A DNA stretch of 64,000 nucleotides from an uncultured Clostridia bacterium (GCA_947629745.1 CANREZ010000001.1:125181-189180), one strand, 5' to 3'. Shown: positions 21,198 through 29,965, counted from the first letter of the stretch. The notes: a model not told the origin generated them from the letters alone. Numbers and translations are program-made.

Positions 21198-22037
21198 ATG
21201 GAATTTACATATAGATATATACCTTATAAGAAGCAGTATGGAGGAAACCTTACTTATGCAGACAACGTGGAGGGCAAGATAGTTGATCTTGACTTAGATT
21301 TTGTAGGGGTCGTAGATAATGAAACTGGATATTCCGAAGTGTGTTTGCCGGATAAAACTTGGACATTTTTTGATGCACATACGGGTAAACTTCAAAATGT
21401 GAGATTTGCTTCGGCTGGTCCGGTTGTGGATGGTTATTCATCCGTAAAATTATTGGATGGAACATGGACAATATACAATGTGATAGACCAAAAGATATTT
21501 GACGGAAAGGTTGAACTCTCTGACTACACACAGGGAGATCCAGAAGCACAGAAGGAAGTTGATAAAATGCTCAAAAGTGACGTTCTTGATGAGCCGATCA
21601 AGGATAAAGAACTTCGTAAAAAATTTTGGAATCTTGCAAATAAGGCATACAATACTTATGACAAAGATATTCGTTCTCAAGTACTTGGTTTAATATTCCG
21701 CAATCCAGAGAATTTTAAAAATTTAACATATATTTCATTTAAGGACGAAAAATATCTAAATGCTATAAAGAAAGCTACACGAAACGGTATATTGAACCGT
21801 GTTGACAAAAAGGAAGTTCCAGTCGAAGTAGCAAACGCAGAAATATCGTATGTCAAGCAAATGTTAGCTATTGTAAAAAAGGTCGAGCAAGAAAAATTAG
21901 CTGAAATTCCAGTGCGCGACCGTAAGATTGAGGAAGAGAAAGAGGCTCTAGACGAATTGTTTGAAAAAAGAATGAAAGAGAGGAGAGCAGCACTCTTCGG
22001 CGACGATGACGATGACGACGATCAGCCAGGAGATTAA
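21198..22037 (+). CDS. Hypothetical protein with WG-type beta repeats and an acidic poly-Asp tail
   Basis: 279 aa. Contains GYSSVKLLDGTWTIYNVIDQKIF and FRNPENFKNLT. The C-terminus is GDDDDDDDQPGD. GGAGGTG RBS. Confidence 0.6.
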   Translation: MEFTYRYIPYKKQYGGNLTYADNVEGKIVDLDLDFVGVVDNETGYSEVCLPDKTWTFFDAHTGKLQNVRFASAGPVVDGYSSVKLLDGTWTIYNVIDQKIFDGKVELSDYTQGDPEAQKEVDKMLKSDVLDEPIKDKELRKKFWNLANKAYNTYDKDIRSQVLGLIFRNPENFKNLTYISFKDEKYLNAIKKATRNGILNRVDKKEVPVEVANAEISYVKQMLAIVKKVEQEKLAEIPVRDRKIEEEKEALDELFEKRMKERRAALFGDDDDDDDQPGD

Positions 22038-22042
22038 AAAAG

Positions 22043-22071
22043 ATACACACCATAGCGGTGTGTATTTTTTT
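22043..22071 (+). terminator. Rho-independent terminator
   Basis: ATACACACC/GGTGTGTAT stem followed by a T-run. The stem sequence resembles the terminator at 21052. Confidence 0.8.
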
Positions 22072-22171
22072 GCTTGAGGTTGGGGTGATAAAAATTTTAT
22101 AATATTTTTTGTTAAACATAAATATGTAGTTTTACTTAGTAAAGAACGTTATAAATATTATATAAAAATAG

Positions 22172-22849
22172 TTACTTAGCAAGGCCGAAAGTAAAGAATG
22201 TTTTGTAGATAAATGCAATGTAACTCTCGTTTTTTGGCGTGACGTATTCCACTTTGCCTCGCACATCACGCATGGAGTATGCTCCATTTTCGGAACAATC
22301 TAGAGAGTTTGCGCGGTTGTCTCCTAGCACAAAGACGTGACCTTGCGGCACAGTGTATATCATGTGATTATTGCTATCATAGGATATATTACTTTTTTGT
22401 TCGGTAATAGATGATAATTGTTGGAATGAATTCATGCAATTAACCATATCTTCCTTGCTAAGGATATATGGTTCTTCGAGTTCTTCGCCATTTCGGAAGA
22501 CGTGCACATATTTATCATGACCAGCATACATAGATATCTCGTCTCCAGGAAGTGCTATGACGCGCTTTATGATCCATATATTATCCATCTTTAGGACGAT
22601 TATATCTCCATATGTATAGCTAGCACCTTTCCTCACATACGCTTGATCAGTATTGCCCGTGGCGTTGAGAGTAGGTTGCATAGATGGTCCCTCTATCGGA
22701 GAGGTTTCATAGAGTATGGAAAAAATCACGCAACATCCTGCAAATAGTATGCAGAATGTAACGATGATATTCGATAGCAAGCTCACTAGGAATAGATATA
22801 TTGCACGCGACTTGCTAGGATAAATAGATCCACCTCTGTATTTTTCCAT
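22172..22849 (-). CDS. lepB: Signal peptidase I
   Basis: 225 aa. N-terminal TM helix, catalytic-Ser box GPSMQPTL, and GDNRANSLD box. Confidence 0.85.
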   Translation of the reverse strand: MEKYRGGSIYPSKSRAIYLFLVSLLSNIIVTFCILFAGCCVIFSILYETSPIEGPSMQPTLNATGNTDQAYVRKGASYTYGDIIVLKMDNIWIIKRVIALPGDEISMYAGHDKYVHVFRNGEELEEPYILSKEDMVNCMNSFQQLSSITEQKSNISYDSNNHMIYTVPQGHVFVLGDNRANSLDCSENGAYSMRDVRGKVEYVTPKNESYIAFIYKTFFTFGLAK

Positions 22850-23010
22850 AACATAATTTTAGCACAATGGGTGACAAATTAAAACAATTTACACGTTACT
22901 ATGATAGTTTTTGTACCTATATCCAGTATCCCAAAACCATATTTCTACACGAAGTTATCTTTCTTTTCTTGAAAAGTTTGTGGTTATTGGATATAATAGG
23001 ATATCTATAT

Positions 23011-23087
23011 GCATCCATAGCGCAACTGGATAGAGCATCGGTCTTCGGAACCGAGGGTTGGGGGTTCGAATCCCTCTGGATGCACCA
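23011..23087 (+). tRNA. tRNA-Arg (anticodon TCG)
   Basis: Hand-folded cloverleaf: GCATCCA acceptor, anticodon loop CTTCGGA, T-loop TTCGAAT, encoded CCA. Confidence 0.85.
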
Positions 23088-23097
23088 AATGTATGAC

Positions 23098-23126
23098 TAA
23101 AAAAGCGGACAATTGCGTCCGCTTTT
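23098..23126 (+). terminator. Rho-independent terminator after tRNA-Arg
   Basis: AGCGGAC/GTCCGCT stem followed by TTTTT. Confidence 0.8.
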
Positions 23127-23180
23127 TGCATATCTAATAACTATTTCAAATATGATAGTGCATTAATTAAAATTATCTAT

Positions 23181-23561
23181 TTACCATCTTCTCAAATACT
23201 CGTGAGTAACAGCCAAGAAGAATTCGTCTTCCAAATCACTTTTGTCCTTTTTAAGATCACCATGAATTTCTTGGGTTAGGGCATAAATTTGTGCTTCCCT
23301 TGAGAGTTTCTCTATTTCCCCATAAGGATTGCCCGGCAAAGTACTGACATATGCCATCGTTGCATCTATTCTTTCTTTGATAGGAGGGAACTCTTGTATT
23401 GTCATATCTGCCTTTTTAAAAAGTGATGGATTATCCTTAATAATCATGTACATGAGAGTTAGCTCATATTGAACCTGTATTGCCTCTACTCGGGTCAATT
23501 GTTTATTTTGAAACCATTTAGGCTCGTTTTCCATCATATCCTCCACGAAACTTGCTATCAT
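23181..23561 (-). CDS. Hypothetical protein downstream of fic
   Basis: 126-aa ORF with its own TTGACA-17 nt-TATAAA promoter (minus strand, 23573-23601). The leader is very short and has no SD. Confidence 0.55.
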   Translation of the reverse strand: MIASFVEDMMENEPKWFQNKQLTRVEAIQVQYELTLMYMIIKDNPSLFKKADMTIQEFPPIKERIDATMAYVSTLPGNPYGEIEKLSREAQIYALTQEIHGDLKKDKSDLEDEFFLAVTHEYLRRW

Positions 23562-23678
23562 CTTGTCTTTTATTTATAACACGGGATAGCTCAATTGTCA
23601 ATAGGGATATTTTTAGAAAATATACTTACTTGCTAATTTTATTGCCTCATTTGGTGAGATTTTTGAGGATTAAATTTA

Positions 23679-24737
23679 TTATTTTAATGATTCTTTTCTT
23701 GTGTAGTAACTAGATTTACGATCGCCATGTTTTTGGATTTGCTTATTGTCCAACAATTTCTTTAGGCATCTTTCGATAGTTGTTTGGGACAATGTCGGAC
23801 AAAGTGCCAAAATGTCTGCCTTTGTAAATTTGCCCAAGATTGTTTTTATTGCACCCTCCACTAGAATCAATGCTTTTGAGTTGTTTTCACTCAAAATTTT
23901 TACTCTATCGTCAAGATCTCTATAAGCCTTTAAAATTACCGACAACATATATTTAATGAATGCTGAAGGATCGTTGTTATCCTCAATCCAGCCGAGTGAG
24001 CTAAATTGCAAAGCCTCATAATATTTGTCCTTGGTCTCTTCAATAATTTTTTCAATTGAAATAAATTTGCCGATATTAAAACCAAATTTATATAGCAGCA
24101 ATAGAGTAAGCAACCTGCTCATTCTACCATTTCCATCATTAAAAGGATGAATGCATAGGAAGTCCAGAATAAAAATAAGAATTAAGATTAATGGATCGAC
24201 GTCAAATTTGCTGGAAACAATGTTAAATTCTTGGCACAATCTTTCAACAGCATCTGGAGTCTCAAATGGTTCCAGAGGCTGAAATCTAACATAAGAACTG
24301 CCGTCAGGTCTTATTTCAGAGATGTAATTCTGGACATTCTTATATTTCCCGCCAATTGATTTATCTGAATACTTATATAACTGTCCATGTAATTGTAAAA
24401 TGTAAGAACTCTTAAGCGGTATATATTCATAATTTTCATGAATTACATTCAATACATCTCGATATCCAAGAATTTCCTCTTCATCTCTATTCCTTGGAGT
24501 AGTTTTATCGCTTAGAATTTGTTTGATGCGCGTAGAAGTTGTGACGATGCCTTCAATTTTGTTTGATGCTTCGGTGCTTTGAATTTTTGCAATTTCAACT
24601 AACTTATGAATTTTTGCTTTGCTATTTGATTCGATATTAGATAATCGACCCTTTAGTTCATAGATTTGAGAAATATAACCTAAAATTTCGTTATCCCAAC
24701 TAATATCCTTGTATTTTGAATAATTAAATGTTTTCAC
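23679..24737 (-). CDS. fic: Fic family protein (AMPylase-type) with N-terminal inhibitory helix and C-terminal winged-helix domain
   Basis: 352 aa. Fic motif HPFNDGNGRMSRLL. SNKIEG matches the (S/T)xxxE(G/N) auto-inhibition motif. AAAGGAGAT RBS. Confidence 0.9.
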   Translation of the reverse strand: MKTFNYSKYKDISWDNEILGYISQIYELKGRLSNIESNSKAKIHKLVEIAKIQSTEASNKIEGIVTTSTRIKQILSDKTTPRNRDEEEILGYRDVLNVIHENYEYIPLKSSYILQLHGQLYKYSDKSIGGKYKNVQNYISEIRPDGSSYVRFQPLEPFETPDAVERLCQEFNIVSSKFDVDPLILILIFILDFLCIHPFNDGNGRMSRLLTLLLLYKFGFNIGKFISIEKIIEETKDKYYEALQFSSLGWIEDNNDPSAFIKYMLSVILKAYRDLDDRVKILSENNSKALILVEGAIKTILGKFTKADILALCPTLSQTTIERCLKKLLDNKQIQKHGDRKSSYYTRKESLK

Positions 24738-24747
24738 GATATCTCCT

Positions 24748-24834
24748 TTATTGCATCATTATACAACTTTTGATGCAATAAATCAAGCATTTATTTTAGT
24801 TTATTGCATCATTTGATATATTTTGATGCAATAA
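24748..24834. promoter_or_regulatory. Two copies of a 34-bp palindromic operator (TTATTGCATCA-N12-TGATGCAATAA)
   Basis: The copies lie at 24748-24781 and 24801-24834, with centres 53 bp apart, in the divergent region between fic and 24945. The first copy abuts the fic RBS. Confidence 0.7.
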
Positions 24835-24944
24835 AATGAATTTTATAAGGGTAATAGTCAATTTCTCAATAATGCTTTTCTTCATCACAATTGCCTATTG
24901 ATTTGGAGTGGTTAGTATGGTAAAATATTTGTGTTGAGGTATTT

Positions 24945-26474
24945 ATGATAGATAATGCAAAGGCAAGTATAAATAGTGTGCAAGATTACGTCTATTATTT
25001 GATGTTAAAGAGGACCACTTACAGTGATCACATTGTGGTGGAAGTAAAGCGTGAGGATCTAGTAAGTCCAAATTTTTCACGCGCTATTCGGGATCAATTA
25101 TTTGTTATGCTTGCTGGTGGCAAACGTGTAGAATTCCATTGTATTGACAAGGATTTGTACTTTAGAGAAAGTGAAGCCTTAAAGTTACTTGGCGACTATG
25201 AATATCTTAAGGCTCATGGTTGTGAATTATATTTCCGCGAGACATTGGATGATATGGGGATAGAATTTAGTCTAGACGAAGCTGATAGACTTGACTATTT
25301 TACAATAGGCTCCAACAATAAAACGTATGAGAATGATGATAGGGTTCAGGCTGGCAAATTGGATTGGGATAAAACGGGCAAGACTATGACAACGCCAATA
25401 ACATTCGATCAAGTGATGGAGGCAAATTCAAAGATCCTCTCCGTTGCAAATAAGATAAATAGATATGCAGAGGAACATAATATCTCTCCATTTGAGAAAT
25501 TCTTGATCTGCCGCAAATACATTTGTAAAAAAATTGAATATATTACCGAACCTGTAGTGGACACGCATAGTTATATTGGCACTATACTTGCAATGAAAGG
25601 TTGTTGTTCGGGTGAAGCACAATCACTTAGAATTTTACTCAAATTATGTGGGATAAATTCATTTTGCATTAGCACAGATATTAATGCAAAGGATGTAAAT
25701 CTTTCCCTTCCACTAATGAGGAGATATAGCGGAGTCAATACGCTTATTTATGAAGGTAAAGAGTTAACCATAGATGAGTATGAAAAGATTTGTATAGACA
25801 AAATTAATAGCTTAGAATCTAAGGAAATGTCTACAAATCACGCCATCAATATAGTCCAAATAGATGATGATAAATATGGCATGCATGGAATAGGCGCTAC
25901 TGATCCTACCGGGAGTAATGATTTTGAATTACTATTCATAAAGGACAAAGAATGTCTTAATAATTTATTCAACTTTTCATCATATATACGTCTTTTACAC
26001 GGTAATGGATTTGAGGAGTTCATCCGAAATGTAGAGCAGAACACGATAAGCAAGGATGATTACAAAAAGATTGATGAAGATATTTTCAGTTTTGCAAAAA
26101 TGTCAATAATAGAACAGATAAAGGGAAGTACGCCAAAGAAATTAACAGATGAAGACCATAATGCAATGGCTATTTTCCTGAATGCGATCATTAAGTGTAA
26201 AACATTATCATCCTTGGAATATATAATGGATCTTTATAGTATGGGTCAAAATTCCAGCGAAAGTGAGTTAGCGCGTCATATATTCCCTCGCATTAAGAAT
26301 AACAAACTTGGAGCGTATTGCTTAATAAAAGAGGCTATTAGTAGTCGTGCCACACTCGAGAATCTGCCAAGGCTAGAGCCATTGTCGGTAGATGACTATG
26401 CGTGGGCTGACATAGTGTCAGACAAAGCATACAATGCTATCTTCCCTGAGGATAGCAACAACACGCAAAGATAG
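24945..26474 (+). CDS. Hypothetical protein with a central transglutaminase-like cysteine-protease core
   Basis: 509 aa. A candidate Cys-His-Asp arrangement is KGCCSGEAQSLRILLKLCGI ... NHAINIVQIDDDKYGMHGIGATDPT. Confidence 0.55.
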   Translation: MIDNAKASINSVQDYVYYLMLKRTTYSDHIVVEVKREDLVSPNFSRAIRDQLFVMLAGGKRVEFHCIDKDLYFRESEALKLLGDYEYLKAHGCELYFRETLDDMGIEFSLDEADRLDYFTIGSNNKTYENDDRVQAGKLDWDKTGKTMTTPITFDQVMEANSKILSVANKINRYAEEHNISPFEKFLICRKYICKKIEYITEPVVDTHSYIGTILAMKGCCSGEAQSLRILLKLCGINSFCISTDINAKDVNLSLPLMRRYSGVNTLIYEGKELTIDEYEKICIDKINSLESKEMSTNHAINIVQIDDDKYGMHGIGATDPTGSNDFELLFIKDKECLNNLFNFSSYIRLLHGNGFEEFIRNVEQNTISKDDYKKIDEDIFSFAKMSIIEQIKGSTPKKLTDEDHNAMAIFLNAIIKCKTLSSLEYIMDLYSMGQNSSESELARHIFPRIKNNKLGAYCLIKEAISSRATLENLPRLEPLSVDDYAWADIVSDKAYNAIFPEDSNNTQR

Positions 26475-26492
26475 GGGATAAGTTATAACAAA

Positions 26493-27164
26493 GTGGCACG
26501 CCACTGTCCTAGGGTGATAATGAAGTGAACTGATATTATTTGTTAGAGGGAATGATGTTGGCATGTGAGATTAGTAGTAAGCACGCTCAATCCCCCTTAC
26601 TAAGGGCGGCCTTTAAATAAGGACGGAATAGATATATGAGAGAGTATGGAGCACGAATGTAAGTAAGCAAAAAAAGTCGGCTCAATCCCCTCAGATTGCA
26701 TACGCAATCAGCTCCCCCTACTACGGGGCGCCTAAAGCGGTTAAAATTAAATAAAAAGATGGAACAATCGCTTAAACAAGCATTATATATTTGGGGTCCC
26801 CATAAAAATAGCTTGCGGCAAAATAGGGCATCCCGCAAAAATAGTCGTAGACGTACTTTTTGTGGGAAAGAGGAAGAGTCGAGTGATACCTCGGGAGTTT
26901 GTGCGAACAGCACAAAATTTCGTTTTAAACTCGTGCTCTGACGAGGGGAGGAGGCGAAGTCACGCGATACCCGGAAGTTGGCTGAGCGTATAAAAAATGC
27001 GAAGCCAACGCTTAAACGAGTGTGTACACTAACGGGGTCCCCGCAAAAATAGCGGAACGCGGCCTTTTGTGGGGAGAGGAGGAACAAATGCATAACCTGA
27101 AAGATTGTTCCATGATTTGTAAAAAAAATGGAACAATCGCTTAAACAAGCATTTGTTCCGACGA
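26493..27164 (-). repeat. GC-rich hairpin-mosaic element, long copy (element 2), fused to the 3' end of tRNA-Leu
   Basis: It starts right after the CCA of tRNA-Leu with a terminator hairpin and ends at GTGGCACGCCAC (26493-26504). It contains the 52-nt motif (26681-26732) and CAAAA/TTTTG-stem hairpins (26832-26866, 27039-27074). It is an inverted homologue of 34446-34997. Confidence 0.8.
27121..27159 (-). terminator. Rho-independent terminator of tRNA-Leu (part of element 2)
   Basis: On the minus strand: GGAACAAATGCTT-GTTT-AAGCGATTGTTCC hairpin followed by TTTTTTTT. Confidence 0.8.
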
Positions 27165-27249
27165 TGGTGCGGATAGGGAGACTCGAACTCCCACGGATTG
27201 CTCCACATGCCCCTCAAACATGAGCGTCTGCCAGTTCCGCCATATCCGC
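27165..27249 (-). tRNA. tRNA-Leu (anticodon GAG)
   Basis: Type II tRNA: GCGGATA acceptor, anticodon stem-loop CATGT-TTGAGGG-GCATG, long variable arm, T-loop TTCGAGT, encoded CCA. Confidence 0.85.
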
Positions 27250-27352
27250 ATATTTAGTTGTAACGAATATATAATAACATACTTTGAGATATTTTGAAAT
27301 ACTTTTTGTCCATATTTTACAAAATTCTATATCTATACTTATCTAAAAGTAC

Positions 27353-27381
27353 TGGACATAAAACATTTTATGTTATATACT
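27353..27381 (+). promoter_or_regulatory. Sigma-A-like promoter for tRNA-Val
   Basis: TGGACA-17 nt-TATACT, 20 nt upstream of the tRNA 5' end. Confidence 0.55.
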
Positions 27382-27400
27382 TGAAGGGTATCCTGAATAT

Positions 27401-27476
27401 GGGGAATTAACTCAGTTGGTAGAGTGCTTCCGTCACATGGAAGAAGTCATAGGTTCGAGTCCTATATTCCCTACCA
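27401..27476 (+). tRNA. tRNA-Val (anticodon CAC)
   Basis: The cloverleaf folds by hand. The anticodon stem-loop is CTTCC-GTCACAT-GGAAG, with an unusual G at position 32. The D and T arms are identical to tRNA-Val(GAC) at 35032. CCA is encoded. Confidence 0.75.
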
Positions 27477-27483
27477 TAGAAAA

Positions 27484-27510
27484 GATGAGACTTGTGTGTC
27501 TCATTTTTTT
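27484..27510 (+). terminator. Rho-independent terminator after tRNA-Val
   Basis: ATGAGAC/GTCTCAT stem followed by TTTTTTT. Confidence 0.8.
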
Positions 27511-27554
27511 GTGGATTCTAACTATTTGTGATATAAATAACTATAAGAGGTCTT

Positions 27555-28217
27555 ATGGATAATAGGTTTAAGTACAGGGCGTTTAATAGAGAAAAAGCGC
27601 TAAAATTTGGATTTAGGTCGGATAGTGCGGGGTACATATACGAGCAAGATATCTTGGATGGCACATTTAGGCTAGTGGTAACTATTAATAGTACAGGGGA
27701 AGTGTCGACCAAGGTCCTAGATAACAAAACTGGCGACGAATATATCATGTACAAGTTGTCCTCTAGTGGAAATTTTGTGGGGCAAGTGCGCGAGCATTGC
27801 GACAGCGTGTTAGACGAGATTGCACGAGAGTGTTTTGACCCAGATTCTTTCAAAAATACTCAGACTAAGGAAATTATAGCATATATCAAGGATAAATATG
27901 GTGACGAACTGGAATTCTTATGGGAAAACTTCCCGACTGACGCTATTTTTAGACGAAAGGATAATAAGAAGTGGTATGCACTACTAATGAGTGTAAAGAA
28001 CGAAAAGTTGAATCTATCTAGTACGGGTGAGAGTGAAGTGTTAGATATTCGCTGTGATGCAAATGCTATACAGAATATCGTGGATGGCAAAAAGATTTTA
28101 CCTGGTTACCATATGAATAAGAAACATTGGATCACTATAGTGTTAGATAATAGACTAGATATGGCGACTACTAGAGCCCTTATTGACGATAGTTACATGA
28201 TAGCGGGGAAGAAATAA
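27555..28217 (+). CDS. MmcQ/YjbR family DNA-binding protein with N-terminal extension
   Basis: 220 aa. The C-terminal half (FRRKDNKKWYALLMSV ... PGYHMNKKHWITIVLD) fits the YjbR fold family. Confidence 0.7.
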   Translation: MDNRFKYRAFNREKALKFGFRSDSAGYIYEQDILDGTFRLVVTINSTGEVSTKVLDNKTGDEYIMYKLSSSGNFVGQVREHCDSVLDEIARECFDPDSFKNTQTKEIIAYIKDKYGDELEFLWENFPTDAIFRRKDNKKWYALLMSVKNEKLNLSSTGESEVLDIRCDANAIQNIVDGKKILPGYHMNKKHWITIVLDNRLDMATTRALIDDSYMIAGKK

Positions 28218-28377
28218 CGTAGCAAAAACTTTCTCTAACTCAAAATTATCGCTACAATACGCCAAATTTTAAAGAAAATTTTTGTAAAAACAATTAAGAT
28301 TTTGGATATAAAATGCCTAAATTTCGTGGGCAAGAAATACGCCTAAAAAGATTGTAGGAATTGCATAAAAGATTTAC

Positions 28378-28406
28378 TTGCACTTTTAGCTTGAACCCTC
28401 TATAAT
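28378..28406 (+). promoter_or_regulatory. Sigma-A promoter
   Basis: TTGCAC-17 nt-TATAAT, about 55 nt upstream of the small ORF at 28460. Confidence 0.65.
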
Positions 28407-28459
28407 ATACAATATGTTGGGTAAAATTATCTAACGCACTACAATATATGGAGGGACAT

Positions 28460-28606
28460 ATGAGTGATCTATATGGTAGTAGTACTACATACAACGATGA
28501 AGATGGCAACGAGATAGTGTTTCACGAGGAAATTGGCGTGGACGACGATGGTCAGATCGGCTATAACAGCGGAATATCTATAAACGGAATTGATCTGGAT
28601 TATTAA
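28460..28606 (+). CDS. Small acidic hypothetical protein (48 aa)
   Basis: MSDLYGSSTTYNDEDGNEIVFHEEIGVDDDGQIGYNSGISINGIDLDY. It has a GGAGGG RBS 5 nt upstream, its own promoter and a downstream terminator. It falls below the ORF-track length cutoff. Confidence 0.45.
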   Translation: MSDLYGSSTTYNDEDGNEIVFHEEIGVDDDGQIGYNSGISINGIDLDY

Positions 28607-28671
28607 AAAAATTTAGAAATATTTAATAAAAATTATTTAATAAAATTTTGGGCATAACTTTTTTATACCCA

Positions 28672-28703
28672 CAAAAAATGTAGCAAAAGTGCTACATTTT
28701 TTT
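28672..28703. terminator. Bidirectional terminator
   Basis: ATGTAGC/GCTACAT stem flanked by an A-run and a T-run, between convergent genes. Confidence 0.75.
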
Positions 28704-28705
28704 GT

Positions 28706-29224
28706 TTATTCGATATACTGGATATAATCTTTCACACGCTCGCGCGAGGTATTGAGGAATTCCTCAAATAACTCGGGCCTATTATTTAGATCAGCATATA
28801 TCTTGCTCTGCAGGATGCAATCTAATTTGTCTAGTGCCTTTACGAAGCGAGCCTCAGGTGAGCTATTCTCCTCAAATTCTAGCCAAAGCGACTCAATCTC
28901 GGGCATACTAGAAAGATTTGATAGGCGGCAGATACATTTGTGTTCCTCACAATACTTTTGCTCCAGTGGCACATGGTCGATAGGGGTGACATCTCCCACA
29001 TCTATCTCACCCAGTTCGTGGAAGAGTATCATCTTTAGCACTTTCGCCTCATCCAGTTTTAGATGTTCACGCTCCATAATTTCACAGGCAAGTACAGCCA
29101 TGGAGAATGTGTGCTCAGCGTCACTCTCGACGCGTTTTGTATTTGGGTCAGACACATCTCTTACGATCCAGCCTTTCCTGCAAAGATTCTTTAACTTGTA
29201 AATTTCTTTGAATAACTCTGTCAT
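28706..29224 (-). CDS. HD-domain phosphohydrolase (YfbR-like 5'-deoxynucleotidase family)
   Basis: 172 aa. Contains ESDAEHTFSMAVLA and LFHELGEIDVGD (H..HD..D metal ligands). Confidence 0.8.
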   Translation of the reverse strand: MTELFKEIYKLKNLCRKGWIVRDVSDPNTKRVESDAEHTFSMAVLACEIMEREHLKLDEAKVLKMILFHELGEIDVGDVTPIDHVPLEQKYCEEHKCICRLSNLSSMPEIESLWLEFEENSSPEARFVKALDKLDCILQSKIYADLNNRPELFEEFLNTSRERVKDYIQYIE

Positions 29225-29334
29225 AATTTACCTACATAAATTTATATTACATTTGATCTAAATTTAGTATAACGAAATAAACTTTGCCTGACAAATATTT
29301 TTATCTCCCAACAACATATTTGGTGATCCTGCAC

Positions 29335-29363
29335 GAAAAAAGTGTGCCAAAATTAGCACACTT
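29335..29363 (-). terminator. Rho-independent terminator
   Basis: AAGTGTGC/GCACACTT stem with a T-run on the minus strand. Confidence 0.7.
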
Positions 29364-29385
29364 CATTTTACTATTTAACCTAAAA

Positions 29386-29721
29386 TTAATAGTCCTTTTT
29401 CTTTTTCTTAAGCTCATCTAGTTGCATTAGGATGACAGCATTGTACTGCTCATCAAGCTCATTATACATTCTTTTGAAGTTATCTGCCTTTTGCCAAGAA
29501 GTGGAAGAAGGATTGACATTCAGTCTCTTGCCCTCTATTGCGACCTTTTGCATATAGTCTGCTTTTGATGGTGACCATTTCCTAACGTACGCCTCGGTGA
29601 CATTGTATATGATGTCAAAGATACGGTCGTCGTGAACTTTGCAAAGTTCCTGCATCTGCTCCTTCCTAATTAGTGTGTCATGAATTTGTTGCTCAATTTC
29701 GTCTGCTGTGAAATTTGTCAT
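29386..29721 (-). CDS. Hypothetical protein
   Basis: Start set at MTNFTADEIEQQ, preceded by AAAGGAGAT. The track start at 29769 lacks an RBS. Confidence 0.55.
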   Translation of the reverse strand: MTNFTADEIEQQIHDTLIRKEQMQELCKVHDDRIFDIIYNVTEAYVRKWSPSKADYMQKVAIEGKRLNVNPSSTSWQKADNFKRMYNELDEQYNAVILMQLDELKKKKKDY

Positions 29722-29793
29722 ATCTAATCTCCTTTTTATCATGATAACATATTTTACGCTTGATGGCAAAGAATGTAGACAATTATCAAAAAT

Positions 29794-29868
29794 TGGTCGG
29801 GGTGATGAGATTTGAACTCATGGCCTCATGGTCCCGAACCATGCGCGCTACCCCTGCGCTACACCCCG
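29794..29868 (-). tRNA. tRNA-Pro (anticodon CGG)
   Basis: CGGGGTG acceptor, anticodon stem-loop CATGG-TTCGGGA-CCATG, T-loop TTCAAAT, encoded CCA. Confidence 0.85.
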
Positions 29869-29965
29869 AAAAATATGATTGCATAACCATATAAGATATG
29901 ATAGCACAACCAAGGATTTTTTACAATCCAAAGTGGATAGATAATAACTATGGAGTAATTGTAGA

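Noticed and set aside
22867-23100. 77-aa plus-strand ORF
   Set aside because: Its 3' third is the tRNA-Arg gene itself (23011-23087), so it is not a credible CDS.
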